Below are positions 12,500-27,764 of a stretch of 64,000 bases of DNA, piece after piece. The stretch's first letter is position 1, and every line of letters begins with the position of its first letter. The position numbers and the translations under genes are program-made. Location of the stretch: positions 43,710,001 through 43,774,000 of the forward strand of contig CM022665.1 in the NCBI GenBank assembly GCA_012295275.1, written 5' to 3'. The stretch comes from Chrysomallon squamiferum (lineage: Eukaryota > Animalia > Mollusca). The notes beneath the pieces are model-generated. The model saw only the letters and a program-made list of their open reading frames with translations, did not search any database and was not told where the DNA came from.

Positions 12500-13221
12500 G
12501 CAGTAGTAGTAGTAAAAAAACGTTTGAATCTTTAACAGCCTCACTATTACAGAAAATGCACTTTTATGCCTCGATTACTCCATACATAAAAAAAAATCAT
12601 AAATAATTTATACGTCTGTGTCTTTTCTCTTTTTTTAATTATTTATTTATTTATTTAGGATTAGCAATACGTATTAAACTTTGATATGTTCGGTTTTGAA
12701 TACGATATATGACTAATATTGAAAGAATTTTTTTTTTTTTTTTTTTCACTTCTGTAATGTATAAATATTAATGATCTATTCGATATTATATTTATCATTG
12801 CATTTTATTTGCAAATGCTATTTCATAACGGTTCAATGCTGAATAACAAATCTCTTTTTTAACATTTTTTTTTTTTTTTCTCCGTAAATGATTTAACTTG
12901 TTTTAATTCTTAATGTGTCTTATGAAAGCCAAATAATGAGTTTAAATACGTTTGTTACAGTCTTAAGTATTTTTATTTATTTATTTATTTGTTTATTATT
13001 TATGATTTATTTTTTGTTTCTTTTGTTTCATTTTATCTTAATAATTTCTTTCCTTTCTTCTTTCTTTCTTTCCTTCTTTCTTCCTTTCTCCTTTCTTTCT
13101 TTCTTTCCTTCTTTCTTTCTTTCTTTCTTTCTTTATTATTTACGTATTTATTTATTTTTTCGTTTCATTTTGACATAATTTCTTTCTTTTCTTCATTCTT
13201 TTCTTTCTTTCCTTCTTCTTC

Positions 13222-13260
<39 letters not shown>

Positions 13261-13925
13261 TTATTTGTTTGTTTGTGTATTTACTCGTAGTAAATCGTAA
13301 AATGAAATAGCTCGAGGACAGATAGTTCACTGTAAAGATATTTACGGCTGCAGTACACTCATATTTAAATATTTTTCCGGTTAACAGAAAGGATGGTTGA
13401 TAAATCACTGTGTCTGATAACTGTAACGGAGGAAACCACACACTTCAGTTGTTTCTGCGTGTTAATAAATACACACACACACACACACAACATGTTTAAA
13501 ATAGGAGAAATTGTCCCACCTTGTCTGAATCCCTTTTTTTTATTTTATTTAAAGAGCATTTATTAGTTTAAAAATAAATAAATAAATAAATAAATACTAC
13601 TACTACTACTACTACTACTAATAATAATAATAATGATAATAATAATATAATAATAATAATAACAATAACAATAATAATATCTGTGTCTGTGTGGGTGTTT
13701 GCAATGATTGTCTTTTTTTTTTTTTCTTTTCTTTTGAATAGATTACTGATTGTTTTAAGAAGAAAACTGTTTTGTGCGTTTTGGCTTTTATTTTATTCTT
13801 CGTCATTATAAAATTTTGTTGTCTTAAATATAATAATGTATAATGACGTATCATTCTTTGTTGTTGTTATTATTAGTGTTGTTGTTGTTGTTTCTGTTGT
13901 TGTTTTATTCCAAACGTAAAAAAGC

Positions 13926-14015
<90 letters not shown>

Positions 14016-14219
14016 TTTTGTTTATTTGTGTGGGCATGTAGACATTACTTATTTATTATTATATCTTCTTTTCCTATTCACCTTAACCTTCCTTTTAATT
14101 TATTCTTCGTTTTTTTTTTTTGACAACATAATTAACCACATACGTAGATGCCATAATTAACGCACGCATATATAAACAAAAACAAAGAATAATAATAATA
14201 AAAAAAGAAATTATAAAAA

Positions 14220-14560
14220 AAAAATCCCGCCCTACAATCATAAATCAAGTAAATCTGACAAGCGCTGATGACGTCATTTTCTCTGTCGGAATTCGCACTT
14301 ACGAGTTGCCCGGGGAGCGGAGTTACGTAGAAAACAATCGTAAGAATAACCTCATCAAACTATGACATGTCAGCGGCAGGGGGCGCTGCTGAAACTCCGC
14401 AGCCAATCCCGCCCGGTGTTACAGGACAATGGTATACCGTGTCAGAATAACCCACGGGGGAGTGATCTCGCTAATGAGTTCTAATCCCTGCCTTCAGGGG
14501 GTTGGGGGAAATTGGGGGTTGACTTAGTCCGCTAAAGAGAAGCAGGTAAATTTGACACTA
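14220..14560. promoter_or_regulatory. Promoter-like island with CTCF-like site, CRE, CCAAT, GC boxes
   Basis: GCGGCAGGGGGCGC at 14373-14386 (12/14 to CCASYAGRKGGCRS), TGACGTCA 14269, TGACATGTCA 14363, AGCCAATCCCGCCC ~14401, X-box-like GTTGCCCGGGGAGC ~14305. Confidence 0.55.
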
Positions 14561-14822
14561 ACGGTTTTTACGCGGGCTAATTCGCTATCATTGAAAATTT
14601 GGGAATTAAGATTATGGTGTATCGTTGACTTATTTGTTTATATATGCGTTATTAAATAAACCGTTTGTCGAGCTGTTTTGGTTAATCAGTGGATTAGTCG
14701 TGAATGTAATAATCCCGGATATTTTCCACATTGTAATATCAAAATGGTTTGTATGTGTGTGTACAGATTAATACATACATACATACATACATACATACAT
14801 ACATACATACATACATAAATAC

Positions 14823-14860
<38 letters not shown>

Positions 14861-14903
14861 GTTGATATATATGTTAATTAATAAACAAATATATATGTGT
14901 ATG

Positions 14904-14938
<35 letters not shown>

Positions 14939-15129
14939 CACACACATACATACATACATTAATACATACATATATATATACACATACATAAATACATTAA
15001 TACATATATACATACATATATATATATATATACACATACATACATTAATATATATATATAGACACACACAGACACATGTGTGTTTGTTTAGATTAGATAG
15101 ATAGACAGTATATCACTTTCTCGCAGTCT

Positions 15130-15183
<54 letters not shown>

Positions 15184-15294
15184 AATGTGTGTGTCCTACA
15201 CAGAGACATATAGCAACGTAGATGGATGGATAGACAAATAAAAAGAGGAACAAAAAGCAGGAGTTTGCTTTATTAGGAAAGGTTTCTGAAACAA

Positions 15295-15404
<110 letters not shown>

Positions 15405-16931
15405 TGTTGTGAAGCGTTTCAAACTGATACGTCAGTGCTACTTTTGTTTCTAGTGACTCTGCAGGTTTTTGTCTAAGACACTCTGGGTACACACACACGT
15501 GTACATCAGTTTTATATATTTCATTTTATTTATTTATCAGGAAACCCACCATAATTCTCCCCTAGGTAGATAGACAGACAGACAGACAGATAGATAGATA
15601 GATAGATAGTGATTTGGTTATTGGAGGTGCTTTTTATTTACATTTCTTCTGTTTCATTATTCAACTGTTAGTAATTTATATTAAGATAGTTTTATTTAAA
15701 TACACACACACACACACACATACATACATACTTACATACAAATATACATACATACATGTATGAATAAATAAATAAATAAATAAATAAGATTTAAAAACAA
15801 GCACGAATTTATTACATAGTTTAGTAATATTAAATATGAATTCCTGCTATGTGTTGTTAATGGAAAGTTTAGCAGGTTACATACATAAAACCTACAAAGA
15901 CTAAGTGACAAATATTTGTGTTTGGCAGTGAAAAAATAAAATTAATCAATCAAAGTTTGCTTAACAGAGTTTTTAAACTTTGATCTGTTTTCGTTAAGTT
16001 TAGACGTATGACAATTAACATTAATTAAAAAAATATAATAATATAAATAAATAATAAAAAAATCTTTTTTAAAGACGAATATAATTCAAAAAAATATATA
16101 AAAAAATAAATTGTGTAAAAAAAAAAAAAAAAAAAAAATAAAATAAATAAATAAATAAAAATAAAAAATAAAAATAAATAAAAAATAAAAAATAAAAATA
16201 AATAATACAAAAATAAATATAAATACAAATAAAATAAAAATACAAATAAATACAAATAAAATAAAAATAAATATAAATACAAATAAAATAAAAATAAAAG
16301 TGAAAAAATAAAATGAAAAGAAAAAAAAAAAATAATAAAAAAAAAAAAAAAAAAAAAATGTATTAGATTAGATTAAATAAATCACATGACCATCTCCAGC
16401 ATTCATTCACAAGATTGAATTTTTTTGTGTCAGGAAATAAAATATTTATCATTGTTTTGGGTGTCATGGATACCGTCTTAAAGCCTGGGGCAAGTTTCAA
16501 ATAAATTAAACTTTTAATTTTTAATTTTTTAATTTTTGTTGAAAGGAATTTAGAAAAAAAAAAAAAAAAAAAAAAAAGCCAGATACACAGTTGACACAGT
16601 AGTAGTAGTTAAAAGTAATTAATATTAATAGTGATGATAATAATGATCATGATGATGAGAATGATAATGATCATGATTTTTTCAGTCATATGTCATGCTG
16701 GTACATTTGCAATGGAAATTTCTAATGTGCATTAGATTTAGCCAAAAACCATAACTTCAGTATTCATATAACTGTAATAATGATGATGAGGATTAAAAAT
16801 GATGAAAAAGATTATGGTTGTGATGATGATAAAATATGAATCGAGCAGATGAAAACAGACTGAGAACAAAATCACCTGATGTGCCTAAAATAAACAAATA
16901 AACAACAATAAATAAATAAATAGGTAGATAA

Positions 16932-16964
<33 letters not shown>

Positions 16965-17302
16965 CAGACAGATATACAAAATAACTAATGAATTAACTGG
17001 AAAATAATTAATAAAAAAAACAACATATAAATACCAGAGTATACTGAGAAAATTGAGTATTTAAATACTAATGTCGATATAAAATAAAATAAAACAAAAT
17101 AAGGTAAAATAAATAAAATAAAATAAAATAAAATAAAATAAAACAAAACAAAATTACACCAAATAAAATAAAATAAAATAAAATAAAAAAAAAAAAAAAA
17201 AAAACAAAATAAAATAAAAAAAAATAAAAAAAAAAAAAAAATAAATGCGTAAACAAACAAACAAACAAAAACAAAACAAAACAAAACAAAACAAAACAAA
17301 AC

Positions 17303-17334
<32 letters not shown>

Positions 17335-17386
17335 CTGAAACCAAACTCCCATCAACTGGTGACTCACTGTTTTCAAGGTATCACTA

Positions 17387-17422
<36 letters not shown>

Positions 17423-17479
17423 CAACAACAAACAAATAAATCGCTCGCTAACTAATCTCTTAAGCGACATTTAACTGTA

Positions 17480-17780
17480 ACCACCTGCAGTTCGAAACAA
17501 AGAACCGCTGTTCAGATCGGGAACAATACCTCCACGCTTGCACGTGCACATCGCACAACCGGAAGTGTCTGATTACGCCTGTGCGTGGGTGGAGTCTGAT
17601 TCGTCAATGGAAGTCAGCAAAAATCGGGATTGTTTCCCCCCCCCCATGTAATCTGGAAATAAATCTGTGACATGTCAAGTTAAGACTGAAATAGTTTAAC
17701 AGTGTTTTGTCACGCTACGAAGTGACGTGGCAGAAATCAGTGCTTACGAGATGTAGGGGTATTTCAGTGCACGTGCGATG
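17480..17780. promoter_or_regulatory. Enhancer-like motif island
   Basis: GCACGTGC x2 (17540, 17769), ETS CCGGAAGT (~17559), TGACATGTCA 17668, UPRE TGACGTGG 17723. Confidence 0.5.
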
Positions 17781-17844
17781 TTTACTAATAATAAAAAAAA
17801 AAAAAAAAAAATGGTTCTGGAACGAACAGGTTTAATTTGCACTT

Positions 17845-17917
17845 CAGTGGTTAGGAATGACGAGTGAACAGTTAGCAGGATCGATTCTCCCGTAATTACA
17901 CCGTAATGGGATATTTT
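17845..17917 (+). mobile_element. Degenerate tRNA-derived SINE head
   Basis: A-box-like AGTGGTTAG, then B-box-like GGATCGATTC, then ..TGGGATATTTT. The same layout recurs at ~36068, ~40745, ~45245 and ~53000. Confidence 0.5.
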
Positions 17918-18198
17918 ATTTTATTTTATTTTATTTTATTTTGTTTTGTTTTATTTATTTATTTATTTATTTATTTTTAATTTTTAAATTTTTTTAATTT
18001 TCGTCTGTATCATCTGACCAGTTTAATTAAAGGCTGTGATATATTGGAGGTTTTTTTTTTTTTTTTTTTTTTTTTTTCTGTCCTTGGGAGGATAACTGTA
18101 AAATAATACCTTAATGCTAACTGAAATGTTGTTTTTTTTACAGTATGACGTCACTGGGTTTTTTCTCTCATCATTTGAATGGTCCTTGGATTAACCCT

Positions 18199-18232
<34 letters not shown>

Positions 18233-18246
18233 GCTATTATATATAA

Positions 18247-18285
<39 letters not shown>

Positions 18286-18412
18286 TATACATACATATAT
18301 ACATACATGTATGTATATATGTATGTATGTATATATGTATGTATGCTGTATGTAACGTATGTATGTATGTAAACATACACACATTTATTTATACAAATAG
18401 CATCAACGTTAA

Positions 18413-18447
<35 letters not shown>

Positions 18448-19558
18448 TAATACAAATTCTTCTCTTTCTAGAATGAATAAACAAATGGATGTTTGTATAA
18501 AGAAAACTCAGTGAATTTTTTAATATTATCGGGTGTCAAGAATGTGGATTTTTATTTTTATATTTAAATGAGAGATTAGCAGTTAATCTGGCAAATATGT
18601 TTATCAGATTATATAACAATGACAAAATTTTATTTCATTTTTTTATGATTTTTTAAATATCTGTTTCACGTGGCAAGAACTAGTATGTTATTATTTTAAA
18701 AAAAAAAAAAAAAAAAAAAACCGTTTAATTTTATTTTTTTATTTATTTTTAAATAAATTTTAATTATTTTAAAATTTTAAAAATAACTAATGCATTTTTG
18801 CTCTAAAAATTTTACTCATTTATAGTTATTCTAAATGTTTTTATTTTATTTAATATTTAATAACACGAATGACATCTTTTTATGACAAAATTAATTTCTA
18901 AAGTCTCAAAAATCAAAAAAAAAGGAGTGTCTTCCATTTAAATTACAAACAATATCACACAAGTCTTTATTTCTTAACATAATATATAGTTCAATATGTA
19001 CTGTGTACTTCAACATCTAATAAAATAAATTTATGTTTGTTTGTCTGTCTGTCTGTGTATTTGTCTGTAACAACAAAACGCCTTTCCCATAACGAAAACA
19101 CACGGGATTTTCCGGAAACAGGATATCGTGTCAGTAGGAATAATAATTAAATTTGTCACAGAATGGAATATTTCTTTAATGACAAGCCGCCGTTATATCT
19201 CAGCTATATTTTTATTTGATTTGTGACGGGTCGTAAGAATTATAATAGATGACATCTGTTGGTGCAGTTGACTGTTTTTTTCGGGGTGTGTAACTCTTCA
19301 CGAAGTTAAAAATATCTCAGCTCGTTCTCGTTCGTACGAAGCAAAACTTTTTTCTTTCACTTATTAATTATGCAGTCGCGCGCACACTCCCTGTACGCAT
19401 CAGTGCACGCAGACACACATAAACATGCATACGCAAGCATGCACTTGTGCCGTTTGAAATACAGAAACACACAAACACATACGTTCACACACCCAAAGAG
19501 AGAGAAAAAAAGAAAAACCGCATACAGTCATATGTACGTAAATACTAACACACCTACG

Positions 19559-19606
<48 letters not shown>

Positions 19607-21003
19607 GCCAATAAAAACATCCACCCACCCATATTTACATATATATAAATAACATTAAATATGCACTTACATATATGGCTTTACATATACACCAGTATAT
19701 ATATATATATATATACACACACACATACGCACATATACATATATATTTGTATGTATGTATGTATGTATGTATGTATATGAATATGTATATATTAAATACA
19801 CCCATGTAGACACATATACATACATACATAAATACACACATACATATATGGATATACACACGTATGTACATACGTACAAACATACATATATTTTTAAATT
19901 ACCAATGGGACTCAAGAATTTCAATATTTTGTTTTGAAAAGAAGAAAATTTAGCTTCTTTATTCATCCAAAACTATTCATCAATAAATACATAGAGAAAT
20001 GCTTAATATATCCATACACACAAATATACATACATTGTTTTATGCGTTCATTAACTTTAAACATATACGTATGTACAAACAGACATCTACACAAATGCAT
20101 ACATACATACGTAAATATATGCATGCACACACACACACACACACACAAACATTCCCACAGCCAAGCCATTATCTCATTTCACCTGTACAGTACGAATCAA
20201 AACAAATTATTCGTGTCAATTAATCACACCTGAAATGATGATCACTATTTAAACATTAATTGACACTAATTACCTTTAATCATAATTTCTTTTTTTCCTT
20301 TTTTTTTTTTACCTGCTGTTAACGCCCACTAACTGGGTAATAGAAAAAAAAAAAAAAAAAAAAAAAAAAACCGTTACGTCGCGTGAATTGTAACACCAAA
20401 ATGCACGCGCTAACTGGTGTCAAGCGAAACAGCGGAAAGGGCCACAAAAACTGCCAAAAAGTGACTAGAAAGAGAGAAAAGTTAATTACATCGGTTTGAC
20501 GCCGTTTTCATTATTGATTTGCAGTGGGTTAAATGAACAATCACAACAAACCCATCGTTTGTGTGAACCCCGCCCAGAAAGGTTCCTTTGCCTATATTCC
20601 CCCCGGGGTAGATTTTTTTTGTGTCACGTGCAGAATAAATTACCTGAACAGGTGTTAAGAAAGAAATATTTTTTACACCGTAGTAAAGACAGGTCAGGTG
20701 CTTTATGCACTATCGTGTTAATTAACGTAATATTATTATTAATTTTATTTTATTATTTTTTTTTTATTAAAATTAAAGTAATATTAAAATATTAATAATG
20801 AAGATAATTTTAAAAGATAGTTTTAAAAGAGAGGGAGATATTGTTAAAAAGAAATACAATTGCAGAGAGATAAGGAAGTAAATAAATAATGAAGTAGAAT
20901 CAATGGATGAATTAAAAATGTTAATTTACAGCTAGCTGTGAATATAAAAATAATGCATATGTAATATAAAATATTTTAATACATGTAGTTCATAATATTT
21001 GTT

Positions 21004-21044
<41 letters not shown>

Positions 21045-21182
21045 TGATGATGATTATGATAATAATAATAATAATAATAATAATGATGATGATGATCATG
21101 ATGATGATATTTATTCATTTATCGTCATCACTGTTATTATTCATTCTTTTGTTTATTTATTTGTTACCATTATTGTTGTTGC

Positions 21183-21236
<54 letters not shown>

Positions 21237-21499
21237 TTACGTACAAAAATTTAAATTTAATCTCATCTTCTTTTAACGTTTTTTTTTATTAATGGATATC
21301 CCGTTATTCTAGTTTTCTGCTTTATTAATTCGAGTTACCGTTCAATTAAACCACATTACTTCTGAACAGATTTTCAACAAATACGCTTAATCTTGCTTAT
21401 CTTAACATCCGTCAAAAAAACAAAAAAAAACGCAGGCACCTTACAATACTCCATTTCTCAAAAACATTTTTTTTTTTTTTTTTTTTTTGAGTCCATATG

Positions 21500-21684
21500 T
21501 GGGGGTTAAGTAAATCAACAACCCTATATCCGTGACGTCACAGAGTACGCGCTACCTCCTGCAGAGAATTTAGCGCGCGGTTTCTAACGGTGCTCTCGGT
21601 TTGATGGCGTAAAGTAATTAATACAAAAGTTATTGGCTGACCCGAATGACCCCGGCGATGTTAATTTTAGTGTAGATGAAACGT

Positions 21685-21721
<37 letters not shown>

Positions 21722-21900
21722 ATTTTCACCTGACAGGTGTAGGTTTAGTGACATTTGATAAGTTATGTTGACATTAGTCTTAAATACTTCGCTGAGAAGA
21801 TTGACGCAATCACGCGAACGTCACAAAAGGAAAAACGAAATTAATCCCGTTACTAACCCCGCCCTCTCCACGTGAGGTCACCCGCTCGTACACTCATAGC
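21500..21900. promoter_or_regulatory. Motif island with perfect DR3 and CRE
   Basis: TGACCC-GAA-TGACCC at 21638-21652; TGACGTCA 21533; CACGTG 21869; TGACAGGTGT ~21731. Confidence 0.45.
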
Positions 21901-21915
21901 GTAAACATTTTAATT

Positions 21916-21950
<35 letters not shown>

Positions 21951-22139
21951 AAAAAAAAATATATATAAAATAAAATAAAATAAAAAATAAAAATAAAATA
22001 AAATAAAATAAAATAAAATAAAATAAATAATAAAATAAATAAATACATAAATATATAAATTAAAAAAAACGAAAGAAAGCACAGAAAATACTATTACTAC
22101 TACTGCTACTACTGCTACTTCTACTACTACCATTTTATA

Positions 22140-22177
<38 letters not shown>

Positions 22178-23299
22178 AGTTCAAATATTTGGCTAACATA
22201 TCCCTGCACTTACAATTACAGAACATTAGCCTACATACATTAAAGATATTTTCAAGAAACTGTATTATTATTTGTCGCAGGCGACCAATCTTTCATAATG
22301 AAATAACTTTGGTCTGCAAAATAATTAACTAAGTCTGTCATGACTTTTTTTACTCCCTACTTTTTTCTTCTTCTTCTTTATTTTTTTTTTTTTTTTTTTT
22401 GACATTTCTCATTACAACACATTTATTTCCATGCATTCCCACGTGTTTGATTTGATACAGCCATGCTTTATTGTTAGCAAAGATTAACCGCCGCGTCAAA
22501 TAAAACATAAAAATATCTTGGAATTGTTTGTACCTGCCAGCAAATCGTGTAGTTTAAACACGGCTGTACAGGTTCGCAAAATAAACTGATGCAGACGATT
22601 TCTCGGGGTTAAAGGTGATGCGCAATCGGCGGTTTCGCATTCGGGACATTTCGTTAATCATGTCACGTGACAGATAAGGTGTTATAGACGGGCTCACGAA
22701 GAGATAAAATAAATGTAATAAGACGTGATCGGTTATTACACGATGTTTTAGTTTCAAAACACCTGTTTAATACATACCACATGCGTCGGCTTTTTTTATA
22801 TACACACACAAACAAAATTTTATTATAGTATAAATGTTCTTATACATACCAGTTTGTATGTTTTGTGTATGTGTGTGTGTGTGTGTATGTGTGTATGTAT
22901 ATGTATGTGTGTTTGTTTCTGTGTATGTGTGTATGTTTGTGTCCATGCATATGTATATATATATATATGTCTGTGTATGATTGTATGAATGTGTGTGTGT
23001 GTTTATATGTATGTGTGTATGTATGTATGTATGTATGTATGTATGTACATCTGCTTATGTATATATATGTGTGTGTGTGTATGTATGTGTCTGAATGGTC
23101 TATGCATGTGTATGTAAGTGTATATGTGTGTGTGTATGTGTGTGTATGTACCCACCCAGCTATATCTATAAAAATAATTCAGATATACTCACACAGGTTT
23201 ATTTTTTTAAAATGCTTCCCTATCACAAACAACTAAGAAAATACATTAACACACACATAAAACTCCTCTAAACGTACATTAACCTTTATCTCTAATCTA

Positions 23300-23640
23300 C
23301 TGACTCACGTGAAACTTAGGTAAGCGAATTAATGTTCAGTTCTGCACAGGTAAAAAAAAAAAAAAAAAAAAAAAAACCTCCTGACCTTTGACCTAGGTGG
23401 GCGACCCGACCCAGTTATTTATTAATAACTCGACAGCCGGGTCGCGTCAACTTTCGGCGAATTCCGGAAACACGTGATTAATTTCTGCTGCGGAAGATAG
23501 ACAGACTGAAACTGGAATGATTAATCCGCATCTGCTGTCGGTGATAACAGGGACAATGGGAACGCGTAAACCGTTTTACCGGTCTAATGATGATTCAGAA
23601 ACCTCTCGCCCCGGAGACCTGGGGAAATGATTCATAACGT
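23300..23640. promoter_or_regulatory. Motif island with perfect DR1
   Basis: TGACCT-T-TGACCT at 23382-23394; TGACTCACGTG (AP-1/E-box overlap) 23301; TTCCGGAAACACGTG ~23462. Confidence 0.5.
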
Positions 23641-24004
23641 TATGGCTTCGATAAAACGAATGAAACAATTTCTGAAGAAGTCGTCGGCAAATTTAATGTT
23701 TGAAGATGACATCAGATTTGAAATAATAATAAAAAAAAAAAAATAAAAATAAAATAAAAATGAAATAATTATATCTATCTCTTTGCTTATCTGTCTTTTT
23801 TACTTCTACTTGTCGGTATGTCTGTATAAGTATATATATATATATATATGTATATGTAGCAAATTAACATACTACTACTACTACTGATAATAATGATGAT
23901 GCTGCTGCTGATGATGATGAAATTTAAAAACCAAACAAAAAAATTACCTTTAAACGTATTTGTCTATGTGTTTATACGCACGTATGTGTATATATATGCA
24001 TATA

Positions 24005-24175
24005 TGTATGTATGCATGTATGTATGTATGCATGTATGTATGTATGTATGTATGTATGTATGTATGTATGTATGTATGTATGTATGTATGTATGTATGTA
24101 TGTATGTATGTATGTATGTATGTATGTATGTATGTATGTATGTATGTATGTATGTATGTATGTATGTATGTATGA
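24005..24175. repeat. (TATG)n microsatellite
   Basis: About 40 near-perfect tandem copies; source of the spurious MYVC ORFs. Confidence 0.95.
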
Positions 24176-24399
24176 ATGTATGTATATTCATGTATACGTT
24201 TAAAAATAATGTATACGTTTAAAGGTAATAATGCACAAATATGAATGCAGTCATTGTGAAAGTATGTATGTATTTATTCATTTTTCTATGTATTGTTGAA
24301 TAGATCTATGCACGTAACGATGGATGAATGGAAGTTTAGTTTCCCTCTTCTCAGCCTCACCAGGTATTTAAATAGTTCACTCTGGCTGTAATTTAAAAC

Positions 24400-24930
24400 A
24401 CTCGACATTCCCGCCGCTGATTGAAAACAAGCATTAATCTCATAGAACTCGTATTAACAGCAGTCACGACGAATCAAGTATCTGTCCAAGACTGTTTGCG
24501 TAAACGTCACTGTTTGAATTAAAAGAGACGTGTCCACAATACAACCGAGGTTTCTAAGACAATGGGAGTTTCACCGTGGCAACACATGTTGCTTAGGAAA
24601 CAGGAAATTGAGGATCTCTCTCGGCACGTAAACGGTGTATTGTTTCAAACACTCGATGCGTTCCGTTGTCAGCGCTGTGTTGATGGTGCATGCCGACTTC
24701 AAAAGCGCACGTCCGCACCGACAAACAGACCGCACTGTGTGGGCCGTTATGACAAGTGCAAGGGTTCCGCCACTCAATAAACAGAGCGCGCAGCTACAGG
24801 CGGTACTTCGCGGTGTATTGCGGCGCTTCGCTGGGAATCAGCCGCCCATGTACCGGAATAATAACATCGGCGTTACGTCACAACAGGTGCCGGTGCCCGA
24901 GGGACAACAAAGGTTGGGACATCAATTGAC
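24400..24930. promoter_or_regulatory. Long GC/CpG-rich island with clustered RFX X-box-like sites
   Basis: GTTTCTAAGACAAT (~24550), GTTTCACCGTGGCAAC (24568-24583), GTTGCTTAGGAAAC (24588-24601); many CpGs; ORFs here have no recognisable homology. Confidence 0.45.
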
Positions 24931-25229
24931 TTATATTTAATCAAAAAAAAATAAAATAAAATAAAAATAAAAATTTTAAAAAAAAAAAAAAAAATGTCGC
25001 CCACTTTGATGTACATTAATTGATAATTGCAAAAATTGTTAGCGACAAATTGTAAATGATATTAATTGCAGCACTTAATTATTATTTTTCACAAAATGTG
25101 CTACTTTCGATTTTAATCGGAAAGGAAGTATGGGTTTTACTTTCGCTTTCGGGCGATTTTTTTTTTTTTTTTTCTTCAATCTGTTGATCAAATTAGATAT
25201 CTGGTCTTACATGCATTACAAGCGATAAT

Positions 25230-25275
<46 letters not shown>

Positions 25276-26210
25276 ACAGGCTAAAACTGAATCATTTATA
25301 AACCGAAAAGAAGAAAAAAAAAAAGCGCCTTTGTTCGTACTGTCGTCACCGATGCTGTCGTCTGATAACGCCGTCGTCGTATCAAACACTGAGTGTCTTT
25401 TTTCTTAAGGATATGTTAACATGGGATTAATTGCGAGTCGTGAATTTGGGAGATTGTGAGATTGCGAGATGCTGAATGTTGAGTTTGTTTTACTTTCATC
25501 TGTTGCCATGTAAACAACATTCTTGATGGTTATCGTGTGACGTCATTCCACTTTAGATGGCTATCGACGTTTAAAAGTAATTTCACTGCAAATTGGAAAT
25601 AAAATGAAGTACGCCAAAGGGTTCGTTTTTAAATGTTATGATTAGAATGTTGTTGCATATCAGCTTTGCACATATTTGCGAAACATGTTTTGTGAATAAT
25701 ACTTCTTTCAGAAACGATATATATGCAAATACGGTATTAATGTAATGACGAAAAGATTCTGTTTAAAATATGTTAAATAATTTTTGATTCACGTCATATA
25801 TATATTTTGTAATTTTAGATCTTTAAAGATTTTGATTTCAGTTGTCTTTCTTCTCTTTATTATTATTATTATATTAGTGTTTGAATAAATAATTTTTTTT
25901 CATTTAAAAACAATATGTTTTGATCTTTTTAACTTTTAATTTCTTGTTTTTACTTTTAGAAAATAATAATAATATTAACAACAACAACAACAACAACTAG
26001 TAGTTAGTAGTAGCAGTAGCAGCAGCAGCAGCAGCATCAGTAGTAATAGTAGTAGTAATAAACAGAAATAACATATTTAACCCAAATAGAATAACACTAA
26101 AAATATATTAATTTTAATCATATAACCTAAGAAAAAAATTCTTATATCTTAAAATTTCTATTTAAAATTCTAATAACATTTTGAAATTTTGTTTTATAAT
26201 TATTTGTCAT

Positions 26211-26271
<61 letters not shown>

Positions 26272-27094
26272 AGACACACACACACCCCATTCCAGTATCA
26301 GTGTTTTAATATTAATTATTAACAGGAAAAACACATATCATTTTAATTTTTGCAAAATAATTGTATTAATGGTAAGATAAAGAAAACCACAGCTGCCACT
26401 GAAAGGGCTATTTTAATCATTTATCAGCAACAAGGAATTTTTTTTAACATACAGTTTCTCATAAACGGGAAAAATACACACTATAACGTTAGATGTGTCA
26501 GTAATGAGATGGCTAAGAAGTTTGATAGAGAAGCTCACAACGTCTGGTCAAAATTCATACCAACGATCAAAAGCTTTTAACGTAAGCCAGAGGGCGTTGT
26601 TAATTTGCTGTCTCTCCTTTCTAAGCCCCCCGGGGGTCGGGGGTTAGTTCTAGTCTTGTATAAGATGAATTAATTAACGTTTCAAGAGTGCACGGAACGA
26701 CATAATCAGCATTAATTCGTCAGATGAATTCAGATTTTCAATTTAGATATGTGCAATTACTTTTAATAAAAAATAATCAACGCAGGGGAGATAACTGCGT
26801 TTTTAGATCTTCGGCTTGATTTGATATCAAAGAGAAAACAATATAGGATAAAAATAGTTTATTTTTCTTTCATTGTACTGTGGTTAACCTCTAGGTTATC
26901 AGGATCCAGAGACTTAGATCTATTACCGAGTGTAAAATGGTAATTGTAAATAATTGTACACAAGAACATACAAGATTGCCAGATTCTGAAATCGCTTTTA
27001 TATTCTGGTTTCAAGCCTAGAGCAGCATATGACTATATTATATAAATGTTTTCTTCTTTCTAATTACCTAAGGAACCCAAACACTGCTATAGAG

Positions 27095-27399
27095 CAGAGT
27101 TTTTCAAACTTTTTGTTTTTCTAACTTTACCCCTTTGAGAAAATATTTGACTGATGCGAACCTCTTATCAAATATCCTTTCAAGGCGGTTTCTGTATTGC
27201 CAAATAATATGTGAGCAAAATGAACACCTTGCTTTAATTGGATAAAGTATAATACAAAATTATAATTCTTCAAAGAAAAAAAATAATGATTTGGGGGCTC
27301 ATTTTCAGTGTCGGAAAAGAATGATTATCATTTTTTTTAAGTGGCCTTTTGTATCCGTATCCGTTTTTAATTATGCATGCTACAGTTGAAAAATATCTG
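27095..27399. mobile_element. Non-autonomous hAT (Charlie-like) MITE, ~305 bp
   Basis: TIRs CAGAGTTTTTCAAACT / AGTTGAAAAATATCTG; 8-bp flanks ctaTAGAG / tgtTAGAG resemble the hAT-Charlie NTCTAGAN target duplication. Confidence 0.65.
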
Positions 27400-27578
27400 T
27401 GTTAGAGAGCGAATATAGACAGTAAGTTTTGAATTATTTATATACATATTGATAATACTTTCTTCTGTGGATCATACTGCATACTGTTGATGAAGATGGT
27501 GTAGTTCATTTCCACAGTAGGCTTGCTTTAATTTTATATATATATATACACATGTCATGAGAGAGGGAAAATAAGACT

Positions 27579-27764
<186 letters not shown>

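Noticed and set aside
24635-24940. 101-aa ORF in the GC-rich island
   Set aside because: Non-ATG start, no recognisable homology; open frames are expected in GC-rich sequence.
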